Shown here: piece by piece, positions 57,492 through 64,000 of the stretch
Layout: each line of letters opens with the position of its first letter
Numbering within the stretch: the stretch's first letter is position 1
Source of the DNA: Cyanobacteria bacterium auto_48_18
GTDB lineage: Bacteria > Cyanobacteriota > Vampirovibrionia > Obscuribacterales > Obscuribacteraceae
Assembly (NCBI GenBank): GCA_036170915.1
Contig: JAVHQC010000020.1
Span: 1 to 64,000, forward strand
Length of the DNA: 64,000 nt
Reading direction: 5' to 3'
Notes under the pieces: generated by a model
What the model saw: the letters and a program-made list of their open reading frames with translations, nothing else
Told to the model about the DNA's origin: nothing
Database searches by the model: none
Translations under genes and position numbers: made by a program

Positions 57492-58988
57492 TCAAAATTG
57501 GAAGTAGAGAAATGGCACTGCTTCAAGCGGCTTCGAAGCCACCATCAGAATCGCTGCCATAGTGTATGTAGCCAGGCGTACTTGCGGCAAAAAAGCCTGA
57601 TTTTTGTCTTTGAGCAAACCGTCAAGCAAAGTTCTGTGCTGGCGTAGATATTCGGTCAGCATCCAGAAGATCAAATAGCCACCGGCAATCACAAGCCAGC
57701 CTGATTTGAGCAATGGTTCCACAAGGGTGGCTTCGCCACCAAAGTTGAGCAGGCTTGCCCAGATGTTGAAAGCGTGCGGAATATCTGGTGCGCGGAATAG
57801 AGCAAAGGCCAGTGCCACAAATAGCTGTGTAAGAATGATGGCGGCCAAATTTCCTACCGCTCCCGTGGCTGCTTTTTTCATAAAAGGCACAGCCTCAAGA
57901 AAGCGGCACCACTGGTGGTGAATTATCATGGCTACGCCGTGCATAGCGCCCCAGAGCACAAAGTGCCAGCTGGCGCCGTGCCATAGCCCCGAGATCGCCA
58001 TGGTGATAAATAAATTGCGAGCTTGCAACCATTCGCCATTTCTCGACCCACCCAGTGAAATGTAGACGTAATCTTTTAACCAGGTGGAGAGTGAAATATG
58101 CCAGCGGCGCCAGAACACGGCGATATCTCCGCAAAGCAAAGGCAGATTGAAATTGACTGGCAGTCTGATGCCCAGCAGCAGTGCCGATCCGCGACCCATG
58201 TCGGTGTAACCAGAAAAATCGCAATAAATTTGAATGGTAAAGCCAATTACAGCAATCCAGGCATCAGGGCCAGAGACCATCTGGCTCATGCTATATGGTT
58301 TGAGAATTAAAGCGCCAATGGGATCAGCTATGGCTGCTTTTTTAAATAATCCCTGCATGAAAAGACTGGCACCTTCAGCCATCAGTGCTTTGTCTAAAGG
58401 CAAAGGCTTACGTAGTTGAGCAAGGAAGTCTTGATAACGTTTAATTGGTCCGGCAATTTGTGAGGGAAAGAAAACTGCGAAGGCGGCAAATTCGAACCAT
58501 GACTTGACGGCTTTGTCACCTTTGTAGACATCAGTGAGATAGTGCACGAATTCAAAAACAAAAAAGCTTATACCGAGAGGCAAGAAGACAGCCATTAAGG
58601 GCGGCTGGTAGCTTTGCAGTTGGGCGGTGAAAATAGGCACCACCGGCGCAACCGCATGAATCAGTAGACTGAGGTTTTCGAAAAAGAAGTTGGCGTATTT
58701 GTAATAGCAAAGTGCGCCCACATTGAGAAAGAGACCAGCCAGCAGTAGCAATCTGGCTGGCAAATTGCCCTGGCCATTCTTGCCATTCATGTGTTCCATC
58801 CACCGTGCCAGACCCCAGTTGATGGTGGAAAGCAGAGCAAGTAACACGCCGTATACAGGCATCCAGCTCATATAGAAGAAATAGCTGGCCGCCACAGTGA
58901 AAACCAGGCGCGACGTGCCTTTAAGTCGCCAGTAGATAAAGACCACTACAGGCAAGAAAATCAGATATTGAACACTGCTGAAAATCAT
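57492..58988 (-). CDS. MBOAT family O-acyltransferase (AlgI/PatA/DltB-like)
   Basis: LPLGISFF, AGPIKR, GLFKK, QIYCDFSGY, FWRRWHISLS, SGLWHGA and FLYFQF motifs. Confidence 0.95.
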   Translation of the reverse strand: MIFSSVQYLIFLPVVVFIYWRLKGTSRLVFTVAASYFFYMSWMPVYGVLLALLSTINWGLARWMEHMNGKNGQGNLPARLLLLAGLFLNVGALCYYKYANFFFENLSLLIHAVAPVVPIFTAQLQSYQPPLMAVFLPLGISFFVFEFVHYLTDVYKGDKAVKSWFEFAAFAVFFPSQIAGPIKRYQDFLAQLRKPLPLDKALMAEGASLFMQGLFKKAAIADPIGALILKPYSMSQMVSGPDAWIAVIGFTIQIYCDFSGYTDMGRGSALLLGIRLPVNFNLPLLCGDIAVFWRRWHISLSTWLKDYVYISLGGSRNGEWLQARNLFITMAISGLWHGASWHFVLWGAMHGVAMIIHHQWCRFLEAVPFMKKAATGAVGNLAAIILTQLFVALAFALFRAPDIPHAFNIWASLLNFGGEATLVEPLLKSGWLVIAGGYLIFWMLTEYLRQHRTLLDGLLKDKNQAFLPQVRLATYTMAAILMVASKPLEAVPFLYFQF

Positions 58989-59110
58989 ATTGGGGTTGGC
59001 AGCTCACGTGTTTTGCCATGTCAGTATATAAGAGGATGCGCCAGGCTTATAGAAGAGAGCTCTAATGATTCTTTTTCAACTCAGCATTAACAAGCATTAA
59101 TTACGAGATA

Positions 59111-59140
59111 TTGACTATACAAAAGATACATTAGTACCAT
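59111..59140 (+). promoter_or_regulatory. Candidate sigma70-type promoter of the pyrimidine catabolism operon
   Basis: TTGACT-18 nt-TACCAT in the AT-rich divergent intergenic region. Confidence 0.4.
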
Positions 59141-59281
59141 TTGATATATTCGGCGTTTACAGATGGCATCCCAGATTTTATGCGAGCTTCCGGCCAGGAA
59201 AGGCGTTAGCTTGAACTCTTTGCTGCGCCGAAAAATCTGTTTGAACAACTAACGGTCGCTTAGGCGTCTGAGGAGGAATAA

Positions 59282-60595
59282 GTGTCAGTTCCGTTGAACC
59301 GCGAAGAACTCAAAAAGAAGCGTGAGAAATTCATCATCCCAGGCGTCAAACAAATGTATGCCGATCCACCCCACTTTGTAAAAGGGAAAGGTCAATATCT
59401 CTTTGACGAGACCGGCAGACAGTATCTCGATATGTTCGCCGGTATTGTCACAGTCTCTGTGGGTCATTGCCATCCAAAAGTGGTTCAGGCCACTGTGGAG
59501 CAGGTCAATACTCTGCAACACACGTCCACCATTTTCATGACTCAGCCCATGGTTGACTTGGGTGAAAAATTGGCTGATATCGCCCCTGGTGACATGGGCA
59601 AGTCTTTCATCACTAATTCGGGCACCGAGGCTAACGAAGCGGCAATTCGCTTCGCCCGTCTGGCCACTGGTCGCCACGAAGTGATTGCCCTCGAGCATTC
59701 ATATCACGGTGAGTCACATCTGGCATCAACACTTACTGCCAATCACAACTGGCGTCCAGACACTATGCCTGCTGCTGGTGTGGCTTATGCCGCCAATGCT
59801 TATTGTTATCGCTGTCCTTTTAAAAAGTCTCCCGACAGTTGCGGTCTTGAATGTGCGCAAGACGTGGAACGCGTAATTCAATCGCAAACTAGCGGAAAAC
59901 CTGCGGTGATGATTGCCGAGCCCATCCAAGGTGTAGGCGGAGCAATCACTCCACCTGATGATTACTTTATTGAAGTGAAAAAGATTCTGGAAAAATACGG
60001 GGCACTCTTTATTGCTGATGAAGTGCAAACCGGCGTTGGCCGTACCGGCAAACACTGGTTTGGTATCAGCAGCTACGGAGTTCAACCAGATATCATCACT
60101 ATGGCCAAAGGCCTGGCCAATGGTTTACCCATTGGTGCAGTGATCACTACTGAGGCTGTGGCAAAGGCTCTGCAAAAACAGACAATCAATACATTTGGCG
60201 GCAATCCGGTTTCGGCTGCTACGGCTCTGGCAGTGCTTGAGACAATTGAAGAAGAAAGGCTGATGGAAAATGCCCGTGTGGTTGGCGAATATTTGATGGC
60301 TGGTTTAAAGGATTTGCAGAAACAGTTTCCGCAACTGGTGGGTGATGTGCGCGGTAAAGGCCTGATGGTGGGCATGGAGCTGGCAGACAAGAATAAGATG
60401 CCTCTGCCGAAAGAGACTATGCAAATTGTAGAAATGGCTAAAGACGAAGGTGTAGTTATTGGTAAGGGTGGAATGTTCGGCAATGTCATTCGCATCAAAC
60501 CACCGCTCAGTATCACTAAAGAGAATGTAGACACTATGCTCAAAGTAGTTAAAAAAAGCATGGAGAGCCTGGTCAAAGTAGGCGTCAGCGCGTAG
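59282..60595 (+). CDS. Class III PLP aminotransferase (beta-alanine aminotransferase, PydD/AGXT2-like)
   Basis: GAGGAGG RBS and GTG start; YLDMFAGI, NSGTEANE, SYHG, EPIQG, DEVQTG and MAKG (PLP Lys); operon context. Confidence 0.9.
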   Translation: MSVPLNREELKKKREKFIIPGVKQMYADPPHFVKGKGQYLFDETGRQYLDMFAGIVTVSVGHCHPKVVQATVEQVNTLQHTSTIFMTQPMVDLGEKLADIAPGDMGKSFITNSGTEANEAAIRFARLATGRHEVIALEHSYHGESHLASTLTANHNWRPDTMPAAGVAYAANAYCYRCPFKKSPDSCGLECAQDVERVIQSQTSGKPAVMIAEPIQGVGGAITPPDDYFIEVKKILEKYGALFIADEVQTGVGRTGKHWFGISSYGVQPDIITMAKGLANGLPIGAVITTEAVAKALQKQTINTFGGNPVSAATALAVLETIEEERLMENARVVGEYLMAGLKDLQKQFPQLVGDVRGKGLMVGMELADKNKMPLPKETMQIVEMAKDEGVVIGKGGMFGNVIRIKPPLSITKENVDTMLKVVKKSMESLVKVGVSA

Positions 60596-60638
60596 CTATT
60601 TTTTAGAATACTTTTTCGATTTAATCAGGAGTTGTAAG

Positions 60639-61550
60639 ATGGCCAAAAATGGCTCAGAGAACGGAAAAAATGTGGTTCGTTGCGGTTTGATTCAAACTAA
60701 AAATGACGTGGTCTCACCTTCCGGCGGCACCAATCAGAAATTGCTTGCTGAAATCAAAGACAGCATGTTGAAGAAACACATTGAGTACACCAAAGAAGCT
60801 CACGATAAAGGTGTGCAAATTCTTTGTTATCAAGAAATTTTCAATGGTCCTTATTTCTGCGCAGAACAAGAAACCTGCTGGTATGACTCTGCCGAAGAAA
60901 TTCCTGATGGCCCTACCATTAAGAAGATGCAAGAACTGGCCAAGAAATACAAAATGGTTTTGGTCGTACCTATTTATGAGAAAGAAAATACCGGTGTCTA
61001 TTACAACACTGCTGCTGTAATTGACGCTGATGGCCAGTATCTCGGCAAGTACCGCAAAAATCATATTCCTCATGTGGCTCCCGGATTCTGGGAGAAGTTC
61101 TATTTCAAACCAGGCAATCTGGGCTACCCAGTGTTCCAAACCGCTTATGCCACCATTGGCGTTTATATCTGCTACGACCGTCACTTCCCAGAGGGAGCTC
61201 GCGCTCTTGGGCTCAATGGTGCTGAAATTGTTTTCAACCCTTCTGCCACAGTGGCTGGTTTATCTGAGTATTTGTGGAAGCTGGAGCAACCAGCTCATGC
61301 CGCCGCCAACGGTTACTTTGTCGGTGCCATTAACCGCGTGGGCACTGAAGCTCCGTGGAATATTGGAGAATTTTACGGTTCAAGTTATTTCTGCGACCCT
61401 CGTGGCCAGATCATTGCTTGTGCCAGTAGAGACAAAGAAGAGCTTTTGGTGAGCGATCTTAACCTTGATCAAATTAGAGAAGTGCGAAATACCTGGCAGT
61501 TCTATCGCGACAGAAGACCTGAGACTTACGAAACTCTGGTTAAACTCTAA
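60639..61550 (+). CDS. Beta-ureidopropionase (nitrilase superfamily)
   Basis: Glu-Lys-Cys triad in QEIF, KYRKNHIP and ICYDRHFPE; WQFYRDRRPE C-terminus. Confidence 0.92.
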   Translation: MAKNGSENGKNVVRCGLIQTKNDVVSPSGGTNQKLLAEIKDSMLKKHIEYTKEAHDKGVQILCYQEIFNGPYFCAEQETCWYDSAEEIPDGPTIKKMQELAKKYKMVLVVPIYEKENTGVYYNTAAVIDADGQYLGKYRKNHIPHVAPGFWEKFYFKPGNLGYPVFQTAYATIGVYICYDRHFPEGARALGLNGAEIVFNPSATVAGLSEYLWKLEQPAHAAANGYFVGAINRVGTEAPWNIGEFYGSSYFCDPRGQIIACASRDKEELLVSDLNLDQIREVRNTWQFYRDRRPETYETLVKL

Positions 61551-61570
61551 ATTTTAAAGCTGAGGACGCA

Positions 61571-62968
61571 ATGGCAGAGCACTACAAGCCGACTAAATAC
61601 AAGGCCTGGGAACTTACGCTGGAAGAACGCTTTCAGGAGGTTTATCCGCCTTTTTCCCAGCGAGACGCGGTGCTTGAAGCAAACCGCTGTCTCTATTGCC
61701 ACGATGCACCATGTATGGTGGCATGCCCCACTGGCATCGATATCCCTACCTTTATCAGAAAGATTGCCACAGGAAATGTTAAAGGCTCTGCCAAAACTAT
61801 TCTTGAGTCTAATTTGATGGGTGCAACTTGCGCGCGGGTTTGCCCTGTGCAAGTGTTGTGCGAGGGCGATTGTGTACTGCACGCCGACGAGAAACCAATT
61901 GCCATTGGTCGCCTGCAGCGTTATGCCACTGACTACGCCAACGAGAAAGGCATTCGCTTTTTTAAAGCTGGTCAGCCTAATGGAAAAAAAGTTGCAGTGG
62001 TCGGCGGTGGTCCGGCCGGATTATCTTGCGCCGGTGAGTTGGCGAAGCTTGGTTTTGCTGTCACTGTTTATGAAAAGAAAGTCTGGGCCGGCGGTTTATC
62101 AACTTATGGCATTGTAGTTTTTCGCGAACCAGTAGAAGTCAGCTTGGCTGAAGTGAAGATGATTGAAGAACTTGGTGTCACCATCCGCAATGGCATCGAA
62201 ATTGGCAAAGACCTTACTTTTGAAGAGTTGCTCGCTGAAAATGACGCCATTTTTGTCTCTATTGGTCTTGGTAATGTTCCTGAAATGGAGATACCAGGGG
62301 AGAATCTAGAGGGTGTGCATGATGGTCTCGATTTTGTGGAAGAGACTAAAACTGAAGCTCTGAACACCATAAAATTTGGCCACCGTGTTTGCGTAGTTGG
62401 TGCTGGTAACACTGCCATCGACTGTGCCACCATTGCCAGACGTCTTGGTGCCGAGCGCGTCACCATGATTTATCGCCGCTCTGAAGCAGAAATGCCGGCT
62501 TATCATTTTGAGTATGAGTTTGCCTTGAAAGAAGGCGTAAGCTTTATGTTTTTGACTCAACCAGTTGAGATATTGGGCAAAGACGGCAAGGTACACGGCG
62601 TTAAATGCGTGCGCATGGATCTCGGTCAACCTGACGCATCTGGTCGCAGACGCCCCGTGCACGTGCCCGATTCTGAATTTGTGGTGCCTTGCGACATGCT
62701 GATCAAGGCTATCGGCCAGGTCAAACCAGAGGGCATTATCGCCATGCTGGCACCATTTGGTATTGAGACAGAAAAGGGCTACATCAAAGTAGATCAGCAC
62801 AATCGCACCGCCCATGCGAAAATTTTTGCTGGTGGTGATTGCATTCGCAGCCATGGCGAAGCTTCTACAGTAATGGCGGTTCAAGACGGCAAAATCGCCG
62901 CTGCTTCCATCAGTGAGCAGCTTGTCGGCGCGGCTCGGCCCCTTGCAGCAGCTGTTTCAAAAAGGTAA
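61571..62968 (+). CDS. preT: Dihydropyrimidine dehydrogenase subunit A (GltD-like, Fe-S/FAD)
   Basis: RCLYCHDAPCMVACP, CARVCP…LCEGDC, GGGPAG, GAGNTAID and FAGGD motifs; directly upstream of preA. Confidence 0.9.
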   Translation: MAEHYKPTKYKAWELTLEERFQEVYPPFSQRDAVLEANRCLYCHDAPCMVACPTGIDIPTFIRKIATGNVKGSAKTILESNLMGATCARVCPVQVLCEGDCVLHADEKPIAIGRLQRYATDYANEKGIRFFKAGQPNGKKVAVVGGGPAGLSCAGELAKLGFAVTVYEKKVWAGGLSTYGIVVFREPVEVSLAEVKMIEELGVTIRNGIEIGKDLTFEELLAENDAIFVSIGLGNVPEMEIPGENLEGVHDGLDFVEETKTEALNTIKFGHRVCVVGAGNTAIDCATIARRLGAERVTMIYRRSEAEMPAYHFEYEFALKEGVSFMFLTQPVEILGKDGKVHGVKCVRMDLGQPDASGRRRPVHVPDSEFVVPCDMLIKAIGQVKPEGIIAMLAPFGIETEKGYIKVDQHNRTAHAKIFAGGDCIRSHGEASTVMAVQDGKIAAASISEQLVGAARPLAAAVSKR

Positions 62969-62979
62969 GGAAAAACAAA

Positions 62980-64000
62980 ATGCCCGATCTATCAATCGAC
63001 TTTTGCGGTATCAAATCTCCCAATCCTTTCTGGTTAGCCTCGGCTCCTCCAGCCAATTCGGGCTATCAGGTGCAAAAAGCATTTGAACAGGGTTGGGGTG
63101 GAGCCGTGTGGAAAACCATCGGCGCCCCGGTTCTAAATGTGTGCAACCGTTATGGCACCATGGACTATAAAGGCAGTAAAATCATCGGCCTGAATAACGT
63201 TGAATTGATTTCCGATCGGCCCATAGAGCTGAACCTCAAAGAGATGGCCGAAGCTAAACGTAATTTTCCGCAGCATGCCATTATCGCTTCCATCATGGTG
63301 GAATCAAAAAAAGAAGCCTGGCAAGAAATAGTTAAACGCACCGAACAAACAGGCATTGATGGTTTCGAGCTAAATTTTGGTTGCCCTCACGGAATGTCGG
63401 AACGCGGCATGGGCTCTGCCATGGGGCAGGTGCCTGAGTACACACGAATGGTGACCGAATGGGTAATGGAAGTTGCCACTAAACCGGTTATAGTCAAGCT
63501 CACTCCCAATGTCACAGATATTGTTCTGCCAGCACGAGCAGCTTTGCTTGGTGGTGCCTCGGCACTCTCATTGATTAACACCATCAACAGTGTCATGGGT
63601 GTCGACCTTGACACTTTCGAGTTACAGCCCAATGTGGGCGGCAAGGGTGGTCACGGCGGGTATGCCGGGCCGGCCGTAAAACCAATCGCACTTCACTTGC
63701 TCAGCGCCGTTGCCGCAGATCCTGATATTCTTAAATCGCGTTTACCAATTTCTGGTATGGGTGGCGTTGAAACCTGGCGCGATGCTGTTGAATTTATGCT
63801 GCTCGGCGCTACATCGGTTCAGGTTTGCACTGCGGTTATGCACTGGGGTTTCCGCATTGTGGAAGACATGATCGAAGGCATGAGCAACTGGATGGAAGAA
63901 AAAGGTTTTGAAACTTGCGATGATTTTATCGGCAAGTCACTGCCTCGCGTTTCCAATTTTGGCGATTTCGACCTGGGCTTCCAGTCCGTGGCCCGCATTA
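62980..64000 (+). CDS. preA: Dihydropyrimidine dehydrogenase subunit B, truncated by the window end and absent from the ORF track
   Basis: Manual translation from the ATG at 62980: MPDLSIDFCGIKSPNPFWLASAPP…GWGGAVWKT…GLNNVELI…ELNFGCPHGMSERGMG…KLTPNVTD; no stop seen. Confidence 0.95.
   Translation, partial: MPDLSIDFCGIKSPNPFWLASAPPANSGYQVQKAFEQGWGGAVWKTIGAPVLNVCNRYGTMDYKGSKIIGLNNVELISDRPIELNLKEMAEAKRNFPQHAIIASIMVESKKEAWQEIVKRTEQTGIDGFELNFGCPHGMSERGMGSAMGQVPEYTRMVTEWVMEVATKPVIVKLTPNVTDIVLPARAALLGGASALSLINTINSVMGVDLDTFELQPNVGGKGGHGGYAGPAVKPIALHLLSAVAADPDILKSRLPISGMGGVETWRDAVEFMLLGATSVQVCTAVMHWGFRIVEDMIEGMSNWMEEKGFETCDDFIGKSLPRVSNFGDFDLGFQSVARI

Noticed and set aside
59082..59148. RutR/PydR-like box (AGTACCATTTGATATA) and AGCATTAA direct repeat upstream of the pyrimidine operon
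   Set aside because: Only a partial match to the TTGACCAnnTGGTCAA consensus in AT-rich DNA, and no cognate regulator is visible.
61571..62968. Annotation as glutamate synthase small subunit gltD
   Set aside because: No gltB is adjacent; its position between beta-ureidopropionase and preA indicates PreT.

Overview
A gene-dense ~64 kb bacterial chromosomal region with about 50 CDSs, one tRNA-Lys(UUU) and several intrinsic terminators. I saw no CRISPR array, rRNA, integrase or transposase. The gene repertoire suggests a non-photosynthetic Cyanobacteriota relative such as Vampirovibrionia/Obscuribacterales; this is inference, not a search result. It rests on many exported orphan helical proteins, TPR/LRR/kinase/caspase modules, a cyanobacteria/plastid-type membrane protein and no photosynthesis genes. 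Recognisable genes include sdaA, asnS, gdhA, mmsA, a pdhABC-lpdA/lipA locus, proline dehydrogenase, alkA, an MBOAT/SGNH pair and a reductive pyrimidine catabolism operon that runs off the right end. Two things stand out. (1) At 36357-43787 is an apparently uncharacterised three-gene operon. Its products each carry a length-matched ~450-aa rod with long runs of 11-residue (hendecad) periodicity; one is also fused to an ~840-aa acidic Pro-rich disordered linker and a globular head. An ADP-ribosyltransferase-fold gene follows. This is a candidate hetero-oligomeric scaffold or cytoskeletal system. (2) At 16025-19237 is a full-length plant-type methionine S-methyltransferase whose C-terminal aminotransferase domain keeps the PLP-lysine motif and which overlaps a downstream SDR gene. 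All family assignments come from motif recognition by eye; no searches were run.
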